Positions 28,293-37,247 of a stretch of 43,801 nucleotides of DNA are shown here, in pieces. Positions within the stretch are counted from its first letter, which is position 1. Every line of letters begins with the position of its first letter. Position numbers and translations under genes: made by a program. Below the pieces are notes generated by a model. The model had not been told where the DNA came from and did no database searches. It saw only the letters and a program-made list of their open reading frames with translations. Source of the stretch: a virus (lineage: Duplodnaviria > Caudoviricetes); the IMG/VR virus record IMGVR_UViG_3300017589_000085, positions 1 through 43,801 of that record; one strand, given 5' to 3'.

Positions 28293-28823
28293 TTATTTTA
28301 TTGGTTGAAACGTGAAAGATTCATTAAACAAGCGATACACTTCAACGTAGTTGGAATCAGCAAAAGCGGCTTCAATTAAAATGCGGGCACTGTCTATAAC
28401 GGATTGAGGAATATAAGCGATAGTATCATTACTATTATTGGTAAAACAAACATTTGTTCCATAAATAAATTCCTTCATAAAACTTCCATCTTGTGCAATA
28501 ATATCAGTACCAAACATTTTCAATGCAGGAATAGATTCATCACGTTGCTGATCATTAAACCCACGAGCAAGAATTTTTGCATCTTCCGTATAAATATTGC
28601 TAAACCATTGCGATTGAAATTTAATGTTCACGGTTTCCTTTACTATTTGAAGTGCCGTCAAATCATTTACTTGTGACCTAAGTGCAACGCCTTTAGCAGG
28701 TCGAATAGTAATCATCGCTTCTGGATTAAACTTTCCTTTAGGCGTTTCAATGATTTCGTCCTGCTTTGGATCACACCCAACAAAAATAAGCGCAGTTAAT
28801 AGAAACAAAATAAATTTTTTCAT
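28293..28823 (-). CDS. Lipoprotein moron; candidate superinfection-exclusion protein
   Basis: MKKFILFLLTALIFVG-C lipobox followed by DPKQDE; opposite strand to its neighbours, with its own promoter and terminator. Confidence 0.8.
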   Translation of the reverse strand: MKKFILFLLTALIFVGCDPKQDEIIETPKGKFNPEAMITIRPAKGVALRSQVNDLTALQIVKETVNIKFQSQWFSNIYTEDAKILARGFNDQQRDESIPALKMFGTDIIAQDGSFMKEFIYGTNVCFTNNSNDTIAYIPQSVIDSARILIEAAFADSNYVEVYRLFNESFTFQPIK

Positions 28824-28847
28824 GATTGTAATGTTTTTTAATTGATG

Positions 28848-28855
28848 CAAAAGTA
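28848..28855 (-). promoter_or_regulatory. Sigma-A -7 box for the lipoprotein gene
   Basis: TACTTTTG(C) on the minus strand, 24 nt upstream of the ATG at 28823. Confidence 0.65.
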
Positions 28856-28953
28856 GCCAATTAATTATGAATAACGAATTTGTTAATTTAAAATATAAAT
28901 AAATACCATTTACAGAGTAGGTAAATAAAATATCAGAATTAAGTCTATAAATC

Positions 28954-28963
28954 TATATTTTAA
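28954..28963 (+). promoter_or_regulatory. Candidate late promoter TATATTTTAA (portal module)
   Basis: 15 nt before the portal ATG. Confidence 0.6.
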
Positions 28964-28978
28964 TCGAAAAGGCACATT

Positions 28979-30445
28979 ATGACCATCGATGAAATATTAC
29001 AATTATCAGACTTCAAACAAGCGGTAGGCATCTTGACAAAAGATACAAAAGAAGATCGCAATGTTGAAGAATATGTAAAAGAATATAAAGGTGAAAGAAG
29101 TCGAAGACAGGGAAGTGTCGATAAGCGAGAAGATAAAAAAATTGAAATTTTTTCAGACACAGAAACTGAAATTGACAAAAATGGTGAAGAAATTCCGAAA
29201 AGTTTAGGCAATAAGCCAATATTCGTAGCACGCGTAAAAACAAATATCCCGAAACGTATTGTCCGCATTTCGACCGCTTTCTTGTTTGGCGGAGAAATGA
29301 ATATCTCATTCGCAGAAGACAGTGTAGGATCTCAATTTTTCAAAGAAGTGTTTGAGGATAAATTAAAGATGAAATCTGTTTATAATCAGCTCGGCAGAGC
29401 TATAAAAACAGAAACAAAAGGTGCAATAATTTTCTACCCACGTCCCAGTGTCGATATTGACGGAAATAGAATACTTGAAGTAAAAGTAAAGATATTGTCA
29501 TCAAAAAACGGTGATTTCTTTCCGCATTTCGACGATTACGGAGATATGGATGCTTTCACGAGGAAATATAAATCTATTTACAGTGAAGATGGAAAAGAGC
29601 ATGATTTTTTGTGGATCCAGACAGCGCAGATAGAAAACAAATTTGTAGATGTATCAGGTGAATGGAGACAAGTAGAAGGTTATCCATTAACAAATTTAGC
29701 AGGCAAGATAACAGTCGTTTATGCAGAACAAGATCTTCCGGAATGGGAAGATGTGGCAACGCTTATGGATTATTATGAAAATAGACTTTCTCGGATGATC
29801 GATACCAACGATTATTTTGGGGATCCAATAATGAAAAATTATGGAGAGAGTCAATTGCCTTCTAAGGCTACCGTCGGAAAACAACTCACTTATCCGATTA
29901 AAATAGACCCAGAATCAGGGAAAGAATATCACGGTGATGCCGATTACCTTGTTTGGCAACAGTCGATCGATTCAATTAAACTAGAACTTGAAACGCTCAG
30001 GAATGAAATCTATTCAGGTTCATCAACTCCGGATCTATCGTTCGAGAATATGAAAAGTATTGGTTCTCTATCAGGTACGGCAATCGAATTGATGTTCATT
30101 GAAGCATTTATCAAGGCATCAGAAGGAATGGAGATTTTCGGACCGGTTGTTCAGCGATCCGTTTCAGTAGTTCGTGCATTGATTTCGAATGTGACAAACA
30201 CGGCATTTGCTAATGATCTCAAAACAGCTAATCCAAAAGTAACATTCTCATCTGTTTTGCCGGATGATCTGAAAGAAATCGTTGAAGTATTGACCAAAGC
30301 TAATGGAGACAAACCTATCAATAGTCAAGAAACAATAGTTGGCAGATCACCTTTTACAAAGAATGTAGGTGAAGAGGTTAAACGATTGAAAGCCGAAGCG
30401 AATGAAGAAAGTAGTCGTAATCAGATGACAGGGTTAACATTTTAA
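28979..30445 (+). CDS. Portal protein (SPP1 gp6-like)
   Basis: AFLFGG, DTNDYFGDPI, DADYLVW, TPDLSFENMKSIGSLSGTAI and FSSVLPDD motifs. Confidence 0.92.
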   Translation: MTIDEILQLSDFKQAVGILTKDTKEDRNVEEYVKEYKGERSRRQGSVDKREDKKIEIFSDTETEIDKNGEEIPKSLGNKPIFVARVKTNIPKRIVRISTAFLFGGEMNISFAEDSVGSQFFKEVFEDKLKMKSVYNQLGRAIKTETKGAIIFYPRPSVDIDGNRILEVKVKILSSKNGDFFPHFDDYGDMDAFTRKYKSIYSEDGKEHDFLWIQTAQIENKFVDVSGEWRQVEGYPLTNLAGKITVVYAEQDLPEWEDVATLMDYYENRLSRMIDTNDYFGDPIMKNYGESQLPSKATVGKQLTYPIKIDPESGKEYHGDADYLVWQQSIDSIKLELETLRNEIYSGSSTPDLSFENMKSIGSLSGTAIELMFIEAFIKASEGMEIFGPVVQRSVSVVRALISNVTNTAFANDLKTANPKVTFSSVLPDDLKEIVEVLTKANGDKPINSQETIVGRSPFTKNVGEEVKRLKAEANEESSRNQMTGLTF

Positions 30446-30448
30446 CGA

Positions 30449-31474
30449 ATGAACATCACAGCGCACGATAAACGACATATTAACAGGCTTCTTGCTCAGG
30501 AAAAGCGGGTAAATTGGATATTTAACCAGTTCGTTTTTTCGGTTTCCCCTGAAATGCGCAAATGGAAACTTGTCAATAAAAACAGTGTATGGATCCGTAA
30601 CTCTGCAATAGAAAGCAAAATAAATAAAAGTCTTCAGATATTACAAAATGATCTTTTTTCAGTAATAAAAGAGGGACAAAAAGATGCTTGGAATGCTGCC
30701 ATTGAAAAGAATGATCTGATTGTTGAGAACTACATCAAAGATTTATCACTTTCATCAGTTGTCAAGGATGGAATGTTCTCTAGAAATTTTGAAGCTTTTA
30801 CAGCCTTTCAAAAGCGTGTTGATGATGGACTTGATTTATCGCAAAGAGTTTGGAAAATAACAGAGCAAACAAAAGGGCATGTTGAGCTATTCCTTGAAAG
30901 TGGGATTGCAGACGGCAGAAGTGCTGAATCAATTGGGCGTGATTTCCGGCAATTACTCAATAATCCAGATAAACGTTTCAGGAGAATCAGAAATGAAGAA
31001 GGCAAGTTGATAGCATCGCAACCTATGAAAGATTACCATCCAGGGCAAGGAGTTTATCGTTCTGCTCGAATGAATGCTTTGCGTGTTGCTATTACCGAAA
31101 CAAATATGGGGTATCGGTTAAGCGATGCCGAGAGATGGCAGCAACTTGATTTCGTTTTAGGTTATGAGGTTCGTCGATCTCAAAATCATCATCCATGTGC
31201 TATTTGTGATTCACTGAAAGGTAAATATCCAAAGAATTTCGTTTTCCCTGGTTGGCATCCTTTCTGTATATGTTATGCCGTGCCAATTGTCATGGAACAC
31301 AACGATTTTGCTGATTATCTACTTCATGATACTATTCCAAAAGATCAGATCATTACAGATATTCCGCAATCATCTAGTTCATGGATTTCAGGATATATGG
31401 AAAAATCAAGCAGTCAACCATTATTTGTAAAGCAGAACAAGTCATGGTTAAATGATCACTCAACTAAAAAATAG
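30449..31474 (+). CDS. Minor head / head morphogenesis protein (SPP1 gp7-like)
   Basis: LSQRVW, NALRVAITETNMGY and CAICDSLKGKYP...GWHPFCIC motifs; follows the portal gene. Confidence 0.85.
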   Translation: MNITAHDKRHINRLLAQEKRVNWIFNQFVFSVSPEMRKWKLVNKNSVWIRNSAIESKINKSLQILQNDLFSVIKEGQKDAWNAAIEKNDLIVENYIKDLSLSSVVKDGMFSRNFEAFTAFQKRVDDGLDLSQRVWKITEQTKGHVELFLESGIADGRSAESIGRDFRQLLNNPDKRFRRIRNEEGKLIASQPMKDYHPGQGVYRSARMNALRVAITETNMGYRLSDAERWQQLDFVLGYEVRRSQNHHPCAICDSLKGKYPKNFVFPGWHPFCICYAVPIVMEHNDFADYLLHDTIPKDQIITDIPQSSSSWISGYMEKSSSQPLFVKQNKSWLNDHSTKK

Positions 31475-31490
31475 AAAATTAATCGATACT

Positions 31491-31500
31491 TATATTTTAA
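31491..31500 (+). promoter_or_regulatory. Candidate late promoter TATATTTTAA (capsid module)
   Basis: 14 nt before the scaffold ATG. Confidence 0.6.
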
Positions 31501-31514
31501 AGTAAAAACTTACT

Positions 31515-32171
31515 ATGACTATCAAAGAATTAATAATTGCACAATGTAAAGTGCAGGGCGTATCAGAGAAATATGCTGAACGAATCGAAAAAGCTTCAGG
31601 TATTACAGAGGAAAAGGACGGTAATATCATCGCTGCTGTCAAAAACTTCAAGGAAAATATTCTTCCTATTATCGAAGAAGAAAAAAAGGAAGCTGTTGAA
31701 GAAGAGAAGAAAAAAACTCCAAAAACGGAAGACAAAACGGTGATTGACCCGACAAAGGTTGATTTGCCGAAAGATATCGACCCATCAATAAAAGCACTTA
31801 TTGAGAATCAGAACAAGATGATCGAGAATTTGACGAAATCTGTAACGACAATTGTGGACTCTCAAAAGAAATCTTCAACAATCGAAACGGCTAAAGCAAA
31901 GCTGAAAGGCAAAATGGATGATAAGTTCATCGAAAAATACGCAAAGCGTGTAAATGTAGAAGCTGAAAATCTTGATGCTGAAATCGAGAATATCGTAAAG
32001 GAATTCAATGAGGATAAACAAGCATTCCTGAATGAAGCCGTTTCTTCCGGAAGTTATCAACCAATTGAAGGTGGTGCAGTTGGCGATAAGTCAGTAGAGG
32101 AATGGACAAAAATTATGGAAGGCGGTGATGATAAAAACAAGCCATCCGGTGTGGTAGATCTTGGATTATAA
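31515..32171 (+). CDS. Capsid scaffolding protein
   Basis: Glu/Lys-rich coiled-coil protein lying between the minor head and capsid genes. Confidence 0.7.
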   Translation: MTIKELIIAQCKVQGVSEKYAERIEKASGITEEKDGNIIAAVKNFKENILPIIEEEKKEAVEEEKKKTPKTEDKTVIDPTKVDLPKDIDPSIKALIENQNKMIENLTKSVTTIVDSQKKSSTIETAKAKLKGKMDDKFIEKYAKRVNVEAENLDAEIENIVKEFNEDKQAFLNEAVSSGSYQPIEGGAVGDKSVEEWTKIMEGGDDKNKPSGVVDLGL

Positions 32172-32195
32172 TTAATCATTTAAAAATATTCAATT

Positions 32196-33101
32196 ATGTA
32201 CAGAAAAAAAGAAACTGAATTTCAATATGCTCCGGGAATAGAATTAATTCTGGAGGATATTATAGGTGGCGGAACAATCGCACGTGCTGACGTAAAAGGG
32301 ATTGTTGATGAGTTACCTCCTTTGTGTGTTGTCGGAAAGGACAGCAATGGTCTGTGGCATGTGATCAAGACTGCCAAGATCGTTGGTGGAACTGTAGCTG
32401 CTCCCCAGATTGCAAAGAATCACATCCTGAAAGTGGGTGATGCTGTTTCAGACGGCACCAACACTGTCGAGATCGCTTCGATCACCGTAGGTGATACGTA
32501 CGATACGCTTGCGTTCGTTGGTGGAGCCTCTCTCTCTGTTACCACCGCGATGCTGTATCTCGCCTCTGGTGTGAATACTGCTTCCACTGTAACGGTTGAA
32601 GGTGATGCAAGCGACAAGCTGACCATCTCATGCCCTTCAGCATCTGGAGTGGAAACATTCAATGGTGTTGTGGTTGAATTGACCCAGGCGGCTGATGATA
32701 ACCTCGCGGTATCCTATGCTAATGGGAAGATCACCATTGCCCTGGCAAACGCTACAGCCTCCAAGAACAATGCTGCTGCGATTCAGACCGCATTGCGGGC
32801 ATTGACGGCTACCGGTATGGTATTTACCACCTTGACCGCAGTAGGTGGCACAGGATGGGATGGCGGCCAGACCGGCGCGGTTCTTACCGCTCCAATTGGA
32901 ACCATGAATGGTGGTGTATACCATGCAGATGAGTCTGCATACAAGTACAACCCCGAAGCTATTACGATGAACAAGGTGAATACCACCGTTGCGAATCAAA
33001 CGAGCGGATTGCTTGTTCGTGGAACTGTAAATGAATCGGTATTGCCGTATCCTCTTGATGCAGATCTGAAGACCGTCATTTCTCACATTCGTTTCGTGTA
33101 A
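32196..33101 (+). CDS. Head decoration protein with an inserted Ala/Thr/Gly-rich domain
   Basis: Immediately upstream of the major capsid gene; DIIGGGTI...HVIKTA at the N-terminus and LLVRGTVNESVLPYP...IRFV at the C-terminus. Confidence 0.7.
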   Translation: MYRKKETEFQYAPGIELILEDIIGGGTIARADVKGIVDELPPLCVVGKDSNGLWHVIKTAKIVGGTVAAPQIAKNHILKVGDAVSDGTNTVEIASITVGDTYDTLAFVGGASLSVTTAMLYLASGVNTASTVTVEGDASDKLTISCPSASGVETFNGVVVELTQAADDNLAVSYANGKITIALANATASKNNAAAIQTALRALTATGMVFTTLTAVGGTGWDGGQTGAVLTAPIGTMNGGVYHADESAYKYNPEAITMNKVNTTVANQTSGLLVRGTVNESVLPYPLDADLKTVISHIRFV

Positions 33102-33144
33102 GAATCTAATTAATTGAATTATTAACGCTTTAAATAAAACATAA

Positions 33145-34257
33145 ATGGAAAGAAGTTTAATTAAGCAAGTAAACCAAAAGAATATGGAAGCACGTCTTAA
33201 CACTCGAAGTGTGAAGCCGGTATATTTTCCTAACTTTTTTGGAATAAAAGCAAAAACATCCCTGAAATGGGAAACCCTTACCGGTGAAAAAGGTGCTCCG
33301 GTAATTGCTGACGTTATCAGCTACGATGCAACGGCACCTCAAAAGAAACGTGAGATTGTTGGCAAAATGTCTGGCGACATTCCAAAGACGGCAATCAGGC
33401 GAGGAATGAATGAAAGTGACTGGAACGAGTATCAACAAATGAGCAGAGATGTTCAAGGTGATGCCAACATGCAGGCTATCCTTGACCTTGCATTCGCAGA
33501 TCAGGACTTCGTGTATAATGGTGTACGTGGTCGTTTCGAGTGGTGGGCTATGCAGTTGATGTCGAAAGGTGGTTTCACCTTGAGTTCGGATAACAACAAT
33601 GGTATCGTTACTGAAGAGTTCGTTGGTTGTGGTATGCCTGCAGCAAACAAACTTGTAGCAGCTACCGACTGGGCAACTTCGGCTACTGCTGACGGTTTAC
33701 AGGATATCGAAGATGGTCTTGTGAAAGCATCTGAAGCTGGCGTATCGATCAAATACGTGGTAATGCATACAAGCGATTTCGCTTTGTTGAAAAAACAGAA
33801 AGCTACTATTGAAAAACTGAAAACGTGGATCAATAACACTTCAAAGGTTCAAGTTACGAAACAGTTGATCAATGATTATCTTGCTGCTCAAGAACAACCG
33901 GTTACCATTGTAACTGTTAATCCTTCAGTTCGTATAGAGGACAAAGCACATGTTCGTACTACTGTGAATCCTTGGGAAGCCAACAGGATCACTTTCTTGG
34001 AAGATTTGAGAGTTGGAGATATTCAACACGGACCAATAGCAGCTGAAAATTCTGTGGAATACAAGAAAGTTGCTACCACTGTGAAGAAAGATTTCGTATT
34101 TATTGCGAAATGGTCTGAAATGGAGCCATTCAAGGAGTGGACACGTGCAGAAGCAAATGCTATTCCGGTAGTCAATGGTCCTGATGCAATGTTTATCATG
34201 AAAACTGATGCTGTTGCATGGGGCGATGAAGATACTGAAGCAACAGATAAAGTCTAA
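33145..34257 (+). CDS. Major capsid protein (lambda gpE-like)
   Basis: 370 aa; ADVISYDATAP, SGDIPK, RFEWWAMQLMSKG and TRAEANAIPV motifs. Confidence 0.9.
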   Translation: MERSLIKQVNQKNMEARLNTRSVKPVYFPNFFGIKAKTSLKWETLTGEKGAPVIADVISYDATAPQKKREIVGKMSGDIPKTAIRRGMNESDWNEYQQMSRDVQGDANMQAILDLAFADQDFVYNGVRGRFEWWAMQLMSKGGFTLSSDNNNGIVTEEFVGCGMPAANKLVAATDWATSATADGLQDIEDGLVKASEAGVSIKYVVMHTSDFALLKKQKATIEKLKTWINNTSKVQVTKQLINDYLAAQEQPVTIVTVNPSVRIEDKAHVRTTVNPWEANRITFLEDLRVGDIQHGPIAAENSVEYKKVATTVKKDFVFIAKWSEMEPFKEWTRAEANAIPVVNGPDAMFIMKTDAVAWGDEDTEATDKV

Positions 34258-34260
34258 GCG

Positions 34261-34587
34261 ATGACAGTTCAGGAAGCCATATTGTCCTACCCTGGTTTAT
34301 CGGATTTTCCGGCAGACTATCTAAATGTATTACTTATCAGTCGTGCCCTTGACGGTGCGGCTGATTTGAGTACTATCGAGATGAAGTCGGTCAGTTTGGT
34401 GATAGCAGATGCACTTACGGCTGCAGTGAACATGCCTGATTTTACAGAAAACAAGCTTTCGACCAGTTATCCGAGAAAATATTTCCTTGACACATCCGCA
34501 AGATTGTATCTTGAAAATGGGGAACCAGAGAAAGTGGCAGCACGTAAAATAACCGTTCCGAAAGGCAAAGCAAACAATAGATGGTAA
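34261..34587 (+). CDS. Head-tail adaptor (DUF6706-like)
   Basis: Follows the capsid gene; PDFTENKLSTSY...LYLENGE and C-terminal NRW. Confidence 0.7.
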   Translation: MTVQEAILSYPGLSDFPADYLNVLLISRALDGAADLSTIEMKSVSLVIADALTAAVNMPDFTENKLSTSYPRKYFLDTSARLYLENGEPEKVAARKITVPKGKANNRW

Positions 34588-34883
34588 AACGATATCCACA
34601 TAAGGCAATAATCACGATACAAACGCCAGGTCAATTGGTAGATGGTGAATGGGTCGATGGGTCCGATCAAGTTATTGAGATTGAAGGTCGTTATGACCCT
34701 ATCAGTACAAATAATGTGATACGTATGAATTCAGCCGGAAATGAAGTAATAATTAGAGGGGAATTCTATACAAGTCATAAAAAAATTGATGGAGTTATAT
34801 CGATTGAAATTGCCGAATTGGGGATTAAGCGAACTGTTGTATGCTGGTGGTCGTATCAATCACATTCAGTTATAAGCGTATGA
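34581..34883 (+). CDS. Head closure / stopper-like protein
   Basis: MVKRYPH start, 100 aa, beta-rich; position in the neck module. Confidence 0.65.
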   Translation: MVKRYPHKAIITIQTPGQLVDGEWVDGSDQVIEIEGRYDPISTNNVIRMNSAGNEVIIRGEFYTSHKKIDGVISIEIAELGIKRTVVCWWSYQSHSVISV

Positions 34884-35344
34884 AAAGCAAGTCAGGATTC
34901 ACTCCATTATTCACGAAATCAGAGGTTAACAGATGGGTAAAAATATTTACCGATAAAGCAGAGGATAAGATGTACACGCTTTTACAGGCAGCCGGTGAGA
35001 TGTTTGTTCGATATGCAAGAGAAAGTGGAAGATACTTGAATCACACCGGTAATTTGCGTTCATCTATTGGTTATGTGGTTGTCAGAAATGGCAGTATTGC
35101 ATTACAGAACTTCAAAAAACAGGATGTTGGGACCGAAGGAGAAGAAGGAGTTCTGAAAGCGAAGAAACTGGCTCGTGAGCTGGCAAATACGTATAACACC
35201 GGATATGTTCTTATTGGTTTAGCAGGAATGGAATACGCTTTACACGTGGAAGCGATTGAAAGTAAGGATGTGATCACTGGCGCAAATATTCAGACAGAAG
35301 AGTGGATGAGAAAAGCGATTAAAACAGTATTTGAAAGAGCATGA
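34880..35344 (+). CDS. Tail completion / neck protein (HK97 gp10-like)
   Basis: YLNHTGNLRSSIGY and AGMEYALHVE motifs; ATG 34880 overlaps the upstream stop. Confidence 0.8.
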   Translation: MKSKSGFTPLFTKSEVNRWVKIFTDKAEDKMYTLLQAAGEMFVRYARESGRYLNHTGNLRSSIGYVVVRNGSIALQNFKKQDVGTEGEEGVLKAKKLARELANTYNTGYVLIGLAGMEYALHVEAIESKDVITGANIQTEEWMRKAIKTVFERA

Positions 35345-35748
35345 ATGAATTTGATATAATAGATTTAGTTTACACGTATGTTGCAGCAGCAAATCCAGGA
35401 ATGACGATTTACAAGGATTGGTCCAAGACTGGCGAAACTGCAAATCATATCGTCGTTGGTGGTATGGATTATCATGAACTGGAGTGGAAAAATACCATGC
35501 CGGTGAACGTTAATATATTTATCAAATTATCAGCTCAATCAGGTATGCCGGATCGCACAGCTTTGCGTACAGCTAAGAACAAAATCAGAACTGAATTGCT
35601 CAAAATAAAACCTGTTGGAGGACAATTTAAAAGCATAGAAGTATCAGGCAGCAGTCGCCTAATTGGAGCTAAAGAAGGCTTTGACTGCATTAACATTAAA
35701 GTAATTATTAATACAGAAAAAAATATCGAAGAATTATGGCAGAAGTAA
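35341..35748 (+). CDS. Tail terminator-like protein
   Basis: 135 aa between the neck and tail tube genes; VNVNIF motif. Confidence 0.65.
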   Translation: MNEFDIIDLVYTYVAAANPGMTIYKDWSKTGETANHIVVGGMDYHELEWKNTMPVNVNIFIKLSAQSGMPDRTALRTAKNKIRTELLKIKPVGGQFKSIEVSGSSRLIGAKEGFDCINIKVIINTEKNIEELWQK

Positions 35749-36272
35749 GACCTATTGCAATGGGTATCGCGAAACATGGTGTCGCTACCCCAGGGGACGG
35801 AGTTTCTGGAACAGTATTTGAAGATTTACCGTTACCACAAAAAAATGCGGTTGTTTTCAACTTTTCGGATCCGTCAGAAGTAAGAATTGACCTGGAAGGG
35901 TCAAATGATCCTTTTTATTCAGCTTTTGTGAAAGATACTACCGACTTTATCGAAGTATCTATTCCATCACCGAGCAACGCAACAATTCAGAAATTGGCGG
36001 GCGGTGTTCATGAAGCGGTGAGTGACGAATGGCAAGAACCATTTGAGGGTGTTCCGGATATCAATTTCACATACCAGTGTGAGACTATTCCAAGAAATGG
36101 ATCAAAAGTGGTTTACACTATCGTAAATGCGAGAGTGCTCGCAAAAATATCACAGGCACCAACAGCCGATAATCCTGAATTGTTGATGGTTCGCTTTTAC
36201 AAGCAATCAGCAATTACCGCAGCAGGAGTAAAAGGTTATGCTTTTTCACGAAAAGTGGTAGCAGTTCCGTAA
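35736..36272 (+). CDS. Major tail (tube) protein
   Basis: 178 aa, beta-rich; followed by a terminator and the chaperone pair. Confidence 0.75.
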   Translation: MAEVRPIAMGIAKHGVATPGDGVSGTVFEDLPLPQKNAVVFNFSDPSEVRIDLEGSNDPFYSAFVKDTTDFIEVSIPSPSNATIQKLAGGVHEAVSDEWQEPFEGVPDINFTYQCETIPRNGSKVVYTIVNARVLAKISQAPTADNPELLMVRFYKQSAITAAGVKGYAFSRKVVAVP

Positions 36273-36297
36273 GGATAACAAAACATTAACTCTAGTG

Positions 36298-36325
36298 AAA
36301 GCCTGGCAATTGTGCTGGGCTTTTT
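36298..36325 (+). terminator. Intrinsic terminator after the tail tube gene
   Basis: AAAGCCTGGCA-ATTG-TGCTGGGCTTTTT. Confidence 0.75.
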
Positions 36326-36334
36326 ATATTTTAA
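36325..36334 (+). promoter_or_regulatory. Candidate late promoter TATATTTTAA (chaperone module)
   Basis: 9 nt before ATG 36344, directly abutting the terminator. Confidence 0.6.
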
Positions 36335-36343
36335 AACAAAAAG

Positions 36344-36871
36344 ATGCCGATAAAACATTATCTACAATTCGAAAGCGATACAGTAACCGAAAAACCGGTT
36401 AAGATTCATTTTGAATTTACTATAAAAGATTCGATTCCAAAAGGCAAGGACCCTGGCGAAACAATTGTCATATCTCCTATTACTGTTAGAACATGGTTCA
36501 AAATAAAACCGATGATTCTGTCAATTGATAAACAAGACCTCGATAAAATAATTGAGAAAGAAGAAAGAACTCCTGATTCAGATCTAGTAGAAATCATTGC
36601 AAAGTATGATGATTTGCTAATGGATATCATTTGTATCGGTATTCACAATAAAAAAAGCGATCCGCCTATATGGTTCAAGGAAGTACTCAAAGATAATTGC
36701 ACATGGGAAGATATTTATATACTTCTCAATGCGATATTTTTCAGAATAGGATATAACCCTTTTTGCAACTCTATCACGACGTTAGCGAACGTGAGCCCAA
36801 TGACGGAAGCGGAGATAATAGCCGCTCGAAAAAATCTCGAAAGCTGGCAGACAGACCAATCAGTTCTGTAA
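36344..36871 (+). CDS. Tail assembly chaperone (gpG-like)
   Basis: Follows the tail tube gene; contains the in-frame slippery heptamer C-CCT-TTT at 36757-36763. Confidence 0.8.
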   Translation: MPIKHYLQFESDTVTEKPVKIHFEFTIKDSIPKGKDPGETIVISPITVRTWFKIKPMILSIDKQDLDKIIEKEERTPDSDLVEIIAKYDDLLMDIICIGIHNKKSDPPIWFKEVLKDNCTWEDIYILLNAIFFRIGYNPFCNSITTLANVSPMTEAEIIAARKNLESWQTDQSVL

Positions 36872-37110
36872 TGTTTTTGGTGAACGTCAATGAAGCTTTA
36901 GGGCTGAAAACGTATGAAACTCTTGATATGAGCCTTTCACTTATCCAATCCATGTTATCTGAATATTCGTATATGTGGAAAGAACGCAATAAAGAAGATA
37001 CGGAAGATGAAAACGGAGAATTTGAGTGGATAGAACTTCCTGATTGGAATGATCCTTCTAAAACAATAAAGATGAAGAAGTACGCTGATGTTGGTTCGTT
37101 TATCAAGTAA
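36763..37110 (+). CDS. Tail assembly chaperone extension (gpT-like), reached by -1 frameshift
   Basis: The -1 frame is open from the slippery site to 37110. Confidence 0.75.
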   Translation: MQLYHDVSEREPNDGSGDNSRSKKSRKLADRPISSVMFLVNVNEALGLKTYETLDMSLSLIQSMLSEYSYMWKERNKEDTEDENGEFEWIELPDWNDPSKTIKMKKYADVGSFIK

Positions 37111-37164
37111 AATGATATATTTCTATATTTTATTGTACATAGATTAAAGGTTTAAATAGTTTGA

Positions 37165-37203
37165 AATCCGGTGGTTCGTGGGAATAGCCGGATTATTTAT
37201 TTT
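37165..37203 (+). terminator. Hairpin/terminator before the lysis module
   Basis: AATCCGG...CCGGATT stem followed by ATTTATTTT. Confidence 0.6.
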
Positions 37204-37225
37204 ATTTAAAAAACATGGTTAAATA

Positions 37226-37235
37226 TATATTTTAA
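37226..37235 (+). promoter_or_regulatory. Candidate late promoter TATATTTTAA (lysis module)
   Basis: 12 nt before the holin ATG. Confidence 0.6.
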
Positions 37236-37247
37236 TATAAACTAAAC

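Noticed and set aside
32637-33203. 188-aa minus-strand ORF, and the other antisense or nested ORFs in the track
   Set aside because: They shadow well-supported genes and show no motifs; the long one is explained by locally high GC reducing stop codons.
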